The notes: generated by a model not told the origin, from the sequence alone. A DNA stretch of 64,000 nucleotides from Alphaproteobacteria bacterium (GCA_965232515.1 CBDDPY010000002.1:352001-416000), one strand, 5' to 3'; counted from the first letter of the stretch, positions 28,216 to 39,272 are shown. Program-made: numbers and translations.

Positions 28216-28233
28216 TTCTAGTAATTACAAGAA
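28216..28233. promoter_or_regulatory. Putative GntR/HutC-type operator, site 2
   Basis: Near-palindrome TTCTAGTAATTACAAGAA between the divergent dehydrogenase and kinase; matches site 1. Confidence 0.7.
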
Positions 28234-28272
28234 TTATGCGATCCGCGACAAGAACATTGCGAAGGCCAATCC

Positions 28273-29742
28273 ATGCTGCATCTCGGGATTGACGTCGGCA
28301 CCACCTCGGTCAAGGCCGCCGTCTACGACCGGTCCGGCGAAAAGCACGCCATGGCCAGGGTCGCGGCCGAGACCCTCATGCCGCATCCCGGCTGGTCGGA
28401 ACAGGACATGGCGGCCGCCTGGTCGAATGTCGTCGCCGTCATCCGCGAGATCGCTGGTTCGGTAAACGGCAGCGACATCGCCTCGATCGGCGTGTCGGGG
28501 CAGGGCGATGGCCTCTGGGCGCTCGACGCCGATCGCCGGCCCGTGCGCAACGCCATCCTCTGGAACGATCAGCGGGCAAGCGACATCGTCTCGCGATGGT
28601 CGGACGACGGCGTCGTCGACGCGATCGCAAAATCGTGCCGAACGGCCCTGTGGCCGGGCACCAATGCGGCCATCTATGCCTGGCTCAGGGCGAACGATCC
28701 CGACGCGGCGGGCCGCATCGATGTGATCGTCAATGCGAAGGACTGGATCGGCCATTTGCTGACGGGCGAGCTCGCAACGGACTACGCCGATGCCAGCATC
28801 GCCTTTCTGGATCTGCAATCGAAAACCTATTCGGACAGCGCGTTTGAGCGTTGCGGCGTGTCCGAGCTCGCCGGCAAGCTCCTGCCGCCCCGCCCGTCCG
28901 CCGAGCCCTTGGGCCGGCTCCGGGATGCCGTCGCCGGCGACCTCGGCCTGAAGGCCGGCACGCCCGTCGCGGTCGGCGCCCTCGACATCGCCGCCATGCA
29001 TGTCGGGGCCGGCCTGAACGATGTCGGCGATGCCCTGTTGATTCTGGGCACAACGGCTGTGGTCAGCACGGTGACGTCGCCGTCGCCGCCGCGTGACCGG
29101 ATCGTCGGCGCGACGGTGGTCCACGCCACCGGCGACCGCTGGCTCAACGTCCAGGCGCCGCAATCGGGCACCTCGGCGCTCGACTGGTTCTGCGAACGGT
29201 TCCACGACCTGTTCCCCGGGGGCGCGCCGGATCTCGTCGCGCTGGCCGAGACCGCGCCGCCGGGCGCGAACGGCGTGTTATTCCTGCCCTATCTCACGGG
29301 CGAACGCGCGCCCTTCGTGGCGCCGGACGCCACCGGATCGTTCCTGGGCCTTCGCGCCACCAGCACATCAGCCGACATGGCCCGTGCCGTCCTGGAAGGC
29401 GTCGCCTTCAGCCTGCGCCATTGCCTGGACGAAACCGGCATCGCCGAAAGGGCCGGCTTCGTCGTCACCGGCGGCGGCGCCCGCAGCGACCTCTGGCGCC
29501 AGATCCTCGCCGATGTGATGGGCGTGACGATCCGCAGTCCCGCCGAAGATGAACTCGGCCTCCTCGGCGCCGCCCGCCTCGGCGCCCACGCCGCCGGCGT
29601 GCTGGACGCCTTCACCGCCCATGCGCCAACGAACACGGCAGTCGCCGCGCGCGAACCGGACCCGGATGCGGTCACCTGCATGGAGTCGCACTACGCCGGA
29701 TACCGCGCCGCCATCGACGCGCTGGCGCCAGGCTGGTCATGA
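28273..29742 (+). CDS. FGGY-family carbohydrate kinase
   Basis: GIDVGTTSVKA, ILWNDQR, LGTT, PYLTGERAP, TGGGARS. Confidence 0.92.
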   Translation: MLHLGIDVGTTSVKAAVYDRSGEKHAMARVAAETLMPHPGWSEQDMAAAWSNVVAVIREIAGSVNGSDIASIGVSGQGDGLWALDADRRPVRNAILWNDQRASDIVSRWSDDGVVDAIAKSCRTALWPGTNAAIYAWLRANDPDAAGRIDVIVNAKDWIGHLLTGELATDYADASIAFLDLQSKTYSDSAFERCGVSELAGKLLPPRPSAEPLGRLRDAVAGDLGLKAGTPVAVGALDIAAMHVGAGLNDVGDALLILGTTAVVSTVTSPSPPRDRIVGATVVHATGDRWLNVQAPQSGTSALDWFCERFHDLFPGGAPDLVALAETAPPGANGVLFLPYLTGERAPFVAPDATGSFLGLRATSTSADMARAVLEGVAFSLRHCLDETGIAERAGFVVTGGGARSDLWRQILADVMGVTIRSPAEDELGLLGAARLGAHAAGVLDAFTAHAPTNTAVAAREPDPDAVTCMESHYAGYRAAIDALAPGWS

Positions 29743-29934
29743 TCGACACGCGGGACCAGGGATCGGTGTCCTAAATCACCTCACGCCTCGCGACAGCCGT
29801 CACGTCACTGCCGTGCGTCCGCTGTCGCTTGGTCGGAAATTTGGGCCTGCCGCGTCAGTTCGTGTTTGCCGCGATACGTGGAAGGCGATCGACCATCTGG
29901 CTAAGACGCCGCCGGCTTCGATGTGCCGGCAAAA

Positions 29935-30245
29935 TTGCGCCGGGCCGGGCCGCCCTACGGCCTTTCGCCGGGCGATCTGATGGCATCGACCATGGTGACA
30001 TCCGGCACCATGACGAACCGCATCGACCAGCTCGAGAAGGCGGGCCTGGCGGCCCGGCAGCCAAGCCCCGACGACCGCCGCAGCTTCCGCATCTCGCTCA
30101 CCAAAAAAGGCTTCCGCGTCATCGACGCCGCCGTCACCGCCCACATCCAGGCCCAACAAAACTGGTATCGGGCCTGTCCAAAGACGAACGCCGCCAACTC
30201 GACGCGCTGCTGAAGAGGTTCTTGGAAGACTTCAAAACCGACTGA
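29935..30245 (+). pseudogene. MarR-family regulator remnant (PecS/TamR-like), 5'-truncated and frameshifted
   Basis: LRRAGPPYGLSPGDL...TSGTMTNRIDQLEKAGL...DDRRS...LTKKG continues in another frame as KLVSGLSKDERRQLDALLKRFL after the A-rich tract near 30155-30161; the N-terminal helix is absent. Confidence 0.75.
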
Positions 30246-30755
30246 GCGCCGAGCCTATCAACCCGTCAACGCGTGCCGCGCGACCACGAAGGTTCACATC
30301 GTGAGCGATGCCAAAGACGTTTCGATCGCGTCGTCTACGAGGCGTAATCCCACTGTTTGCAGGTCCGGCAGTGCAACGCGCATGTGCGAGTGCCGTATCT
30401 CTAGGCATTCGATAGGTTGTCGAGGCCGACGTTCCGCTGCCTTCGCATCTGGGTCCGCAACACAAACAACCCACAATGCCAGTTCCGCATTGTTGTCTGC
30501 TGTCGGCGCACTAGCAGCCGCATTGCGTTGAGAGACTTAACAGCCGAGATTAACAAGGAGCGGTGTAGTATCGATTTTGCCACAACCAGCAACTAGGCGG
30601 ACCAATTCGACTTTCGCAGGGCGGCAGAATTCTGTTGGGGACGTCGGAATCCAATCATTTGTTGCGGAGTGATGGAGTGTTCACTCCAACACATCCAGCA
30701 GCGCTCGGCTACGCCACTAGAAAAACTTTTCAGCCTGATCCGGGTGGTATTCGCT

Positions 30756-32717
30756 CTAGCCAAGCATCTCGTTGTAGATCTCGAACACCCGCTCGGCGCA
30801 ATCCAGAGTTTCCACAATATCCGCTTCGTCACCTTCCAAGACTTGTGGGTTGCGGATCAACCAATCGGCGGGTCGGTAATGGTTATACTCGGGTATATTA
30901 TTCGGCAAGAGCCGGAAGTATGCTTCTGCTTGTTTAACTTGCCTTGGCGCCCCCTCTGCCTCAACCAACTTGTCTGCCGAGAGGGCGTGTTCTTCCTGGA
31001 GCGAATACGCTCCGTTGATGATCCGACAAAAGAGCTGTGGGTGCATTATGTCCTCAACGTCGGCCTCGTCCTGATTGAGTAGTTCAGCAATGGTGTGCAG
31101 TCTCTCAGCTGCCAAGATCTCGCTCCGGCGGATACGTTCTATCTTGCCCTTATCACCCTGACCTTGATCAGACAGAACAGCCACATTTAAGTGGTTCCCG
31201 TGAAACAACGATACAAACGGGCGAATATTGTCAATGCCCCCGGCGGGGCACATGGTCCACCTCGCGTCTAAGCCCTTCCGCCCCCGACATTCGAGCTCAT
31301 TGGACAGCGCTTGCAAATACAAAATGTCCGAAGGTCCCTCGACAAGAAGGCTGTTTTCGCCAACGAACAATGACTGCGTGACGGAGTAGCCGAGCGCACC
31401 CTGTAGAGGAAAGAGGGTGTCTTTGTCGGTGCTCATCACGTCTTGTGTGATCTTCGTGCCCTCTGACTGTGGACGCGCAGGTTTCTCGTAAGTGATCACG
31501 TCTTCGACCACCCGGCAATCGGCCAGCCGTTTTGGAGGAACCATAAACGGCGAATGAGTTGAGTAGATCACCTGGTGCGACGGCAGCAATTGCTCCTCAA
31601 TGTATCGCAACAGGTCCTCTTGAGCTTTGCCGTGGAGCGTCAGGCCTGGCTCGTCAAGCAAGATAATCACATTGTCCGTTTCGCGTCGCATCATCGCGAA
31701 TTGTACGAGAAACGAAAAGAACCAAACAAAGCCAGCACTTCTCTCGGAGAATGGAACGCTTGCGCGATGGAGCTGATTGTAAACGCGCGCACGTGCGACT
31801 GCGCCCACGTTGAAAGGTGCTGGATCTTCTGATCGTCCTTCGTTCAGTTCCACCTTCACCTCAAGGTGCTTGTTCTGTGACCAATACTCAAAGATTTGAT
31901 CAGTAATGTCCGCAGATGCGGCTTCACACTTCGCATTCAACTCTTCATAGCGCGGCGATCCTTTCAGGTCCTCAAGATCGGTGCCGGAAAGTCGAAGAAA
32001 GTTGAGAAAAATCTCGTCTCCAGGATCAACGGTTTCCGCAGCTTGGTCTTCGGCAATCTTCTGCGCCGACAACTGACCGCTCATACGGTCATAGTGAGAG
32101 GTGTAAAAGAATGTCGGTACCAAATCCGAGATAAGATCGATTCCTCGGCAGAAGATGGACTGTTTCCTGTAGTCCGAGAATTGCTTCGATAACGCGGTGA
32201 GTTTTTCGGTAGGCGCATCCTGGGCCGCAATCGCGTCAATTAGCTGCTTTGATGAGTTTGCCTTTTCGACAACCTTCTTTTCAGCAGCATTGAGACGCTT
32301 TGTTGCGATAGCGTTCGCAATCGCCTTTGTTTCGTCGATAGAAAGTGTCCAAGTTGTTCGGTCAGTATTGTATTGCTTAAGGATCTTGAGTTCCCGAGAA
32401 GTAACCGCGTCATCGCCAAATTCGTTGCACAGCCGTTCATGGGCCTCATCTGATAGCTCCCACCATGTCTCGACTACTACAGCGTCCTCGTCAGAGTGAC
32501 GTTCCTTGTAGCGAGTCGCGAAACGCCTCGGATAGTCTTCTGTAACATCGAACGAAGTCTGTGCTGCCCCATACGGTCGGATCGACTGAAGGGCCGTTAG
32601 TGTCGCCGTTTTTCCCGCTTCGTTCTTGCCGACGAGGCAACAAAGCTCGCCGACCGAAATCTTGCCGGTATCAAGAATGCATCTGAAGTTCTGGATACGC
32701 ACATGAGTCAGCTTCAT
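30756..32717 (-). CDS. OLD-family ATP-dependent nuclease (ABC ATPase + TOPRIM)
   Basis: IQNFRCI, LVGKNEAGKT, ERSAGF, LLDEPGLTLH, STHSP, TOPRIM LLVEGPSD; visibly lower GC than its flanks. Confidence 0.85.
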   Translation of the reverse strand: MKLTHVRIQNFRCILDTGKISVGELCCLVGKNEAGKTATLTALQSIRPYGAAQTSFDVTEDYPRRFATRYKERHSDEDAVVVETWWELSDEAHERLCNEFGDDAVTSRELKILKQYNTDRTTWTLSIDETKAIANAIATKRLNAAEKKVVEKANSSKQLIDAIAAQDAPTEKLTALSKQFSDYRKQSIFCRGIDLISDLVPTFFYTSHYDRMSGQLSAQKIAEDQAAETVDPGDEIFLNFLRLSGTDLEDLKGSPRYEELNAKCEAASADITDQIFEYWSQNKHLEVKVELNEGRSEDPAPFNVGAVARARVYNQLHRASVPFSERSAGFVWFFSFLVQFAMMRRETDNVIILLDEPGLTLHGKAQEDLLRYIEEQLLPSHQVIYSTHSPFMVPPKRLADCRVVEDVITYEKPARPQSEGTKITQDVMSTDKDTLFPLQGALGYSVTQSLFVGENSLLVEGPSDILYLQALSNELECRGRKGLDARWTMCPAGGIDNIRPFVSLFHGNHLNVAVLSDQGQGDKGKIERIRRSEILAAERLHTIAELLNQDEADVEDIMHPQLFCRIINGAYSLQEEHALSADKLVEAEGAPRQVKQAEAYFRLLPNNIPEYNHYRPADWLIRNPQVLEGDEADIVETLDCAERVFEIYNEMLG

Positions 32718-33284
32718 GGGGTATGTCTCATTACAAAATCTATGAGAAGTAGATTAGAGAAATTGGTCGAACTCAACAAGATGATGTCCGTTTCGCAAGA
32801 CATGAAAGGGCAAGCTAATTACCGCACATCTCAGTCCGCTAGAAACAGAGTAAGACTGCTAGAGTCGTTACGTTGTACGTGCGGCAAGCCGTAAGAAAAG
32901 AAGACGCTCGGGCTATACGTGTGAACGGCGGCGATGGTCCAGCGTCGGCGCAGCAGGCCGTGCGGGCGGCTCCAGATGCGGTCGAGGGGGCTTGGGGGGC
33001 AGGCGGACTGGAAAAGTACGGTGCCGGCTCCAGTCGTCGAACAAGGTGGCGAAGGCTTTGTAGCTTTCGCTGCGCTTCCGCCAGCAGCGACTGGCATAAC
33101 TGCCGAAATAGGCCGTGCCGTCGATCGGCAGCCCCGCATGTCCGACCCCCTCGATCTGTCAGCAATTGCGGTCGGCAGAGAGGGCGGTTCCTTCTCATGA
33201 GGATCTGGCAGGATCGGCATGCCCATTGCACCGTGTGTTTCACACGGTCACGTGATGGGACGCACCTTGATCTGCGTCAGTTAT

Positions 33285-33303
33285 AATAATGAGAATCAAT
33301 TGC
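33285..33303 (+). promoter_or_regulatory. Putative Fur-family box
   Basis: AATAATGAGAATCAATTGC matches 14/19 positions of GATAATGATAATCATTATC; about 45 bp upstream of the phosphatase gene. Confidence 0.55.
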
Positions 33304-33347
33304 AATATGTCTCCCAGCAAATACGTGAAACCCAAGGGAGATGACTG

Positions 33348-34022
33348 ATGCGTTTTTTCGTTAGAAGCGTTTTGCCCCGCCGCGTTCGAGCGCGCGCGAA
33401 GACAGTGACGGTGTTGTCGGCGCTGTCGCTGATGTTGACGGCCGGACTGGCCGCGACGGGCCAGCAAGCGACCGCGTCCGACATGACGAGCGCGCAGCTT
33501 GTCGATGCGCTGCGCGAAGGTGGCCACGTCGTATTCATTCGGCATGTGCGGACCGAGAAGGACTACGCCGATCAGGTGGATGCCGTGATGGGCGATTGCT
33601 CGACACAGCGCACGCTGAGCGAGGCGGGCTGGCGGGATGCCCGCGCCATGGCCGATGCCTTCGCGCGGTTGCGGATCCCGGTCGCCGACGTCACCAGCAG
33701 CGAATACTGCCGTGCCTGGCAGACTGCCGATCTCATCTTCGGCAACTACAACAAAACGCCGGATCTCAACTTCGAGCCCGCCGAGACATATAGCGCGGCG
33801 CAGACCAAGGCCATGCGCGACCGCGTCGTTCCGCATCTCGCGAAGGCGCCGGCGGCGGGCGTCAATACCGTGCTGGTCGGCCATGACGATCCGTTCGAGG
33901 CCGCGACCGGCATTTATCCCGAGCCCATGGGCGTCGTCTTCGTCATCCGCCCGCTCGGAAACAACGATTTCAAGGTGCTCGGCAGCATCGCGCCGGACGA
34001 GTGGTCGGCGCTCACCGACTGA
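33348..34022 (+). CDS. Exported histidine-phosphatase-family protein
   Basis: Signal-like N-terminus; FIRH, SSEYCRAWQTA, LVGH. Confidence 0.85.
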   Translation: MRFFVRSVLPRRVRARAKTVTVLSALSLMLTAGLAATGQQATASDMTSAQLVDALREGGHVVFIRHVRTEKDYADQVDAVMGDCSTQRTLSEAGWRDARAMADAFARLRIPVADVTSSEYCRAWQTADLIFGNYNKTPDLNFEPAETYSAAQTKAMRDRVVPHLAKAPAAGVNTVLVGHDDPFEAATGIYPEPMGVVFVIRPLGNNDFKVLGSIAPDEWSALTD

Positions 34023-34056
34023 CACACGATGATGAATGGCATCGAGGAGGTGAGGC

Positions 34057-34266
34057 GTGGAAGACGATCCCGACAACGATCGCCTTTCGCATGACCTCCT
34101 CGATATCGTTCGGCAAGCCATGGGCGGCGGCGAATGTAGCGATGCCGCCGCCGCGCTGTGGGCGCTCGATATCTGCTGCGCCGACCGCGATTTGCGACGC
34201 ACGACGAAACGCCCGGATCAGCGTCCGTCCACCGTCGCCCACAAGCCGGCATTTCGACACTTTTAG
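34057..34266 (+). CDS. Small hypothetical protein
   Basis: GAGGAGGTGAGG upstream of a GTG start; no recognisable motif. Confidence 0.3.
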   Translation: MEDDPDNDRLSHDLLDIVRQAMGGGECSDAAAALWALDICCADRDLRRTTKRPDQRPSTVAHKPAFRHF

Positions 34267-34362
34267 AACAATCGAAGCGGCCCGGAATTCAGCCGATTAT
34301 TCTGCTTGACCGTTCCTGTGCATGGGGTTGTTCCGCGATCTCCGCCGCGCGACCCCCCCCCT

Positions 34363-35412
34363 TTAGGGCGTCAGCACCATGCGGCCGACGATTTTGCCGT
34401 CGCGCAGGTCGCGCAGCGTCTGGTCGGCCTCGGCGAGCGGGCGGGTGGCGACGGGCAGCGGCTTGACCTTGCCGGCGACGACCAGGTCCATGAGCTCGCG
34501 CATCTCCTCGGGACTGCCCACGTAGGAGCCGCCGAGCATGATGTTCTTCAGCGGCAAGAGCGGCACCGACAGCTTCATCGAGCCGCCGAACAGGCCGACG
34601 ACGATCAGCATGCCGCCGTTCGCCAGCGCCTGCATGCCGAAGCCGGCTGACTTGTCCGAGCCGACGAAATCGACCGCGCCATTGGCGCCGCCGCTTGTCA
34701 GGCCGATCAGCTCCTTGCGCGCGCCGTCCGCCGTCGGGTTGATGACATGGTGGGCGCCGGCCGCCTTGGCGGTTTCCAGCTTGGCGTCGTCGATGTCGGC
34801 GACGATGATCGTCGTGTCCATCATCGCCTGCGCGATCATCAGGCCGGCAAGCCCGACGCCGCCGGCGCCGATGATCAGCAGGCTGCGGCCCTCGGCCCGG
34901 CTCTGCACCTTCTTCAGCGCGCCGTAGGCGGTGATGCCCGAGCAGGCGTAGGTGCAGGCGAGCGGCGTGTCGACGTCGCCATAGGCGTAGAGGAAGCGGG
35001 CGTTGGGCACCATGACATGGTCGGCGTAGCCGCCGTCGGCGTTGACGCCGAGCGCGCGGGGGCGAGGGCAGAGATGGTCGCCGCCGGAGTTGCAGGCCGG
35101 GCAGTCGCCGCAGCCGATCCAGGGATAGACCACGGCCTTGTCGCCGACATTGGCGCCCGTGGCCTGGTCGCCCATCGCCTCGACCACGCCGACGATCTCG
35201 TGACCCAGCGTCAGCGGCAGGCTGTGGCTGCGCGACAGATCGGCCTTGCGGTCGTCGCCGAGGTCGAAGTAGCCGTCCCACAGATGGATGTCGCTGTGGC
35301 AGACGCCGCAGGCCTCGACCCGCACCAGCACTTCCGTGCCCGTCGGCGCCGGCGTCTCGCCCTCCACGGCCCGCAAGGGCTCGCCATACTTGTCGAACTG
35401 ATAGCTGCGCAT
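34363..35412 (-). CDS. Zinc-dependent alcohol dehydrogenase
   Basis: CGVCHSD, GHEIVG, CGDCPAC...C structural Zn site, GAGGVG. Confidence 0.92.
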   Translation of the reverse strand: MRSYQFDKYGEPLRAVEGETPAPTGTEVLVRVEACGVCHSDIHLWDGYFDLGDDRKADLSRSHSLPLTLGHEIVGVVEAMGDQATGANVGDKAVVYPWIGCGDCPACNSGGDHLCPRPRALGVNADGGYADHVMVPNARFLYAYGDVDTPLACTYACSGITAYGALKKVQSRAEGRSLLIIGAGGVGLAGLMIAQAMMDTTIIVADIDDAKLETAKAAGAHHVINPTADGARKELIGLTSGGANGAVDFVGSDKSAGFGMQALANGGMLIVVGLFGGSMKLSVPLLPLKNIMLGGSYVGSPEEMRELMDLVVAGKVKPLPVATRPLAEADQTLRDLRDGKIVGRMVLTP

Positions 35413-35801
35413 GTCCCGCTGTCCCTGGTTGTCCGTTCGCGCCATTCATAGCCGTCCGACGGTTCGCTGGCCAGCCCGCCGTGCGGGGTTTTGGCCGCGT
35501 TCACGCGAATGAAGGTTGCCCTGCCGGCATGCACAACGTTAAATATGCCCCAGCCAATAACAAACGTCTGTACGTCAGGGAGCGCATCTATGACGGGTTG
35601 CCGTGCCTGCTAGCCGTCGGAACCGGCCACCGCCGCTTGGCCCGGCTTGAGTACGAAGCCGCAATGCCATCCGCCAACCATTGAAACCGTTGCAAGCGCA
35701 TGCCGTCATGGCCGTGATCCGGCTGCTTGGCCGCGCGGGGAAGCTCTGATCTTGATTCACCACCATTGCGAACGGCCGCCGGCGGCCGCGGGGGCGCGCC
35801 G

Positions 35802-36574
35802 ATGACTGTCATGCCGCTGCTCCGCGTCGAGGACGTGTCGGTGCATTTCGGCGGCATCGTCGCCCTCGACGGCGTCAGCTTTGATCTCGACGAAGGCTTG
35901 ATCGTCGGCCTGATCGGGCCGAACGGCGCCGGCAAGACCACGCTCTTCAATTGCCTCAGCCGGCTTTACACGCCGAGCACCGGCGAGATCGCCTTCCGCG
36001 GCCAGTCGATCCTGCAATCGCCGCCGCACGGCATCGCCACCATGGGCATCGGCCGGACGTTCCAGAACCTGGCGCTGTTCCCGACGCTGTCGGTGCTCGA
36101 CAACGTGATGATCGGCGGCCATTGCCGCACCCGCAGCGATTTCTTCTCGAACGCGCTGCGGCTGCCCTGGGTCAGCCGCGAGGAAGCGGCGCTGCGCGCC
36201 CGGGCCATGGACCTGATCGCCTATCTCGATCTCGAAGACCTGGCCGAGGTCGCGGTCAGCGAACTGCCGTTCGGCACCCAGAAGCGGGTCGAGTTGGGCC
36301 GGGCACTGGCGGCCGAACCGAAACTGCTGCTGCTGGACGAGCCGGCCGGCGGCCTGAATCACGACGAGGTCGATCACTTGAAGTCCCAGATCCGCGCCAT
36401 CCGCGACGACCGCGACATCTCGGTGCTGCTGGTCGAGCACCACATGAACCTGGTGATGGACGTCTCGGACAAGGTCGTGGCGCTCGATTTCGGCCGCAAG
36501 ATCGGCGACGGCACGCCGGACGAAGTACGCGCCAACCCGGAAGTGATCCGGGCCTATCTCGGGACCGACGAATA

Positions 36575-36575
<1 letters not shown>
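35802..36575 (+). CDS. LIV-type (HAAT) ABC transporter ATP-binding protein, LivG-like
   Basis: GPNGAGKTT, RTFQN, LLLDEPAGG, VEH, VIRAYLG. Confidence 0.9.
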
Positions 36576-37288
<713 letters not shown>

Positions 37289-37303
37289 CGGCGGGCCCGA
37301 GCA

Positions 37304-38182
37304 ATGGATCTGTTTCTGCAACAAACACTTGCCGGTCTTGCGATCGGCGGCGTCTATGCCAGCGTCGCGCTGGCCGTGGTGATGATTTACCAGGCCACGG
37401 ACCACTTCAATTTCGCGCAAGGCGAGATGGCCATGTTCAGCACCTTCGTGGCCTGGTCGCTGATCACGTACGGCCTGCCCTACTGGCTGGCCTTCTTCGT
37501 GACGGTCGCTCTCTCGTTCGCCGGCGGTCTCGCTATCGAACGCATTATCGTGCGGCCGGTCGAGAAGGCGCCGGTGCTGAACCAGATCATCGTCTTCATC
37601 GGCCTGCTGGTGATCTTCAACTCGGTCGCAGGCTGGATCTTCGAGCATACGATCAAGCCGTTCCCCAGCCCGTTCCCGGAACAACCGCTGTTCGGCAACA
37701 ACTATATCGGCATGCACGATACCGGCGTGATCGGCGTTACCATGATCATGCTGGCGCTGGTCTTCGTGTTCGTGCGGCACACGCCATTGGGCCTCGCCAT
37801 GCGGGCGGCGGCGCAGAACCCCGACTCGGCCAAGCTGGTCGGCGTCCGCGTCGGCTGGATGCTGGCGATCGGCTGGGGGCTGGCCGCCGCGATCGGCAGC
37901 GTCGCCGGCATGATGATCGCGCCGGTCGTGTTCCTCGAACCCAACATGATGGTCGGCATTCTGCTCTACGGCTTCGCCGGCGCCCTGCTGGGCGGCGTTA
38001 CCAGCCCGGGCGGCGCCGTGATCGGCGGCTTTATGGTCGGCGTGCTGGAGAATCTCGTCGGCACCTACGTACCGTTCGTCGGCAACGAGTTGAAGCTCAC
38101 CGTGGCGTTGGTGCTGATCGTCGCCGTCCTGTTGTTCAAGCCGGCCGGCCTGTTCGGCATCGTCACCGTGAAGAGGGTCTGA
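37304..38182 (+). CDS. LIV-type ABC transporter permease, LivH-like
   Basis: NFAQGE, GLAMRAAAQN, KPAGLFG. Confidence 0.9.
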   Translation: MDLFLQQTLAGLAIGGVYASVALAVVMIYQATDHFNFAQGEMAMFSTFVAWSLITYGLPYWLAFFVTVALSFAGGLAIERIIVRPVEKAPVLNQIIVFIGLLVIFNSVAGWIFEHTIKPFPSPFPEQPLFGNNYIGMHDTGVIGVTMIMLALVFVFVRHTPLGLAMRAAAQNPDSAKLVGVRVGWMLAIGWGLAAAIGSVAGMMIAPVVFLEPNMMVGILLYGFAGALLGGVTSPGGAVIGGFMVGVLENLVGTYVPFVGNELKLTVALVLIVAVLLFKPAGLFGIVTVKRV

Positions 38183-38185
38183 GCC

Positions 38186-39196
38186 ATGGCGATCGCCCGC
38201 GAAACCGAAGCCGCCGCGATCAAGGTCGGCGGCGCCAGCGTCAGCCGCACCAGGCTGCTGGTGCTGATCGCCGTCGCCGTGGTGGCCTGCGTGCTGCCGT
38301 TCCTGGTCAGCGACTACCGCACCTTCCAGTTCACGCTGGCGCTGATCTACGCCATCGCGCTCCTGGGCCTGAACATCCTCACCGGCTACAACGGCCAGTT
38401 TTCGCTCGGCCACGGCGCCTTCTATGCGGTCGGCGCCTATACCGCGGCCGTGCTGATGGACCATTGGGAGGTCGCCTACTACTGGACCATTCCGGCCGCA
38501 GGTCTCGCCTGCTTCATCGCCGGCTTCCTGTTCGGCTTCCCGGCCCTGCGGCTAGAAGGATTATACCTGGCGCTGGCGACATTCGCGCTGGCCATCGCGA
38601 CGCCGCAGATCCTGAAATACGATGCGCTCGAGAAATGGACCGGCGGCGTGCAGGGCATCGTCATTATCAAGCCGGACCCGCCGTTCGGCTTGCCGTTGTC
38701 GCAGGATCAGTGGCTCTACTTTTTTACGCTCGGCGTTCTGGCGATCCTGTTCTTGTGCGGTTGGAACCTGCTGCGCGGCCGCACCGGTCGGGCCATGATG
38801 GCGATCCGAGACAACCCGATCGCGGCCTCGGCGCTGGGCGTAAATACGGGCATGTACAAGACGCTCACCTTCGGCGTCAGCGCGCTTTACACCGGCGTCG
38901 CCGGCGCGCTGGGCGCCATCGTCATCCAGTTCGTCGCGCCCGACAGCTTCAACCTGTTCCTGTCGGTGACGCTGCTGGTCGGTCTCGTGGTCGGTGGTAT
39001 CGCCTCGATTCCGGGCGCGATCTTCGGCGGGGTCTTCATCGTCTTCATTCCGAACGTCGCGGAGGAGATCTCGAAAGCCGCGCCCTGGGCCATCTACGGC
39101 GTCTTTCTGATCCTGTTCATGTATGTCATGCCGACCGGTATCTGGGGCGCGATCCGGCGAGCCTATGCCTGGCTTGTCCGGCAGCGGCCGGCTTAA
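38186..39196 (+). CDS. LIV-type ABC transporter permease, LivM-like
   Basis: GYNGQFSLGHGAFYAVGAY, LRLEGLYLALAT, AIRDNPIAA. Confidence 0.9.
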   Translation: MAIARETEAAAIKVGGASVSRTRLLVLIAVAVVACVLPFLVSDYRTFQFTLALIYAIALLGLNILTGYNGQFSLGHGAFYAVGAYTAAVLMDHWEVAYYWTIPAAGLACFIAGFLFGFPALRLEGLYLALATFALAIATPQILKYDALEKWTGGVQGIVIIKPDPPFGLPLSQDQWLYFFTLGVLAILFLCGWNLLRGRTGRAMMAIRDNPIAASALGVNTGMYKTLTFGVSALYTGVAGALGAIVIQFVAPDSFNLFLSVTLLVGLVVGGIASIPGAIFGGVFIVFIPNVAEEISKAAPWAIYGVFLILFMYVMPTGIWGAIRRAYAWLVRQRPA

Positions 39197-39272
39197 CTCT
39201 ACAAGATGCGCCCGACACGCTAAGATCGTTTTCTGAGAGGCCCGGCTTCGGGCACCAAGGGAGGATTAAAGT

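Noticed and set aside
30250-30750. Short ORFs downstream of the OLD gene as a partner gene or retron ncRNA
   Set aside because: No recognisable motifs, RBS or long inverted repeats, and no reverse transcriptase nearby.
32900-33240. Possible gene remnant on the minus strand (QIEGVGHAGLPIDGTAYFGSY...)
   Set aside because: Codon usage looks coding, but there is no start and no family I can recognise; insufficient to call.
35690-35705. CGGCATGCGCTTGCAA on the minus strand as a sigma-54 promoter for the Zn-ADH
   Set aside because: GG-to-GC spacing is 9 nt rather than the required 10.
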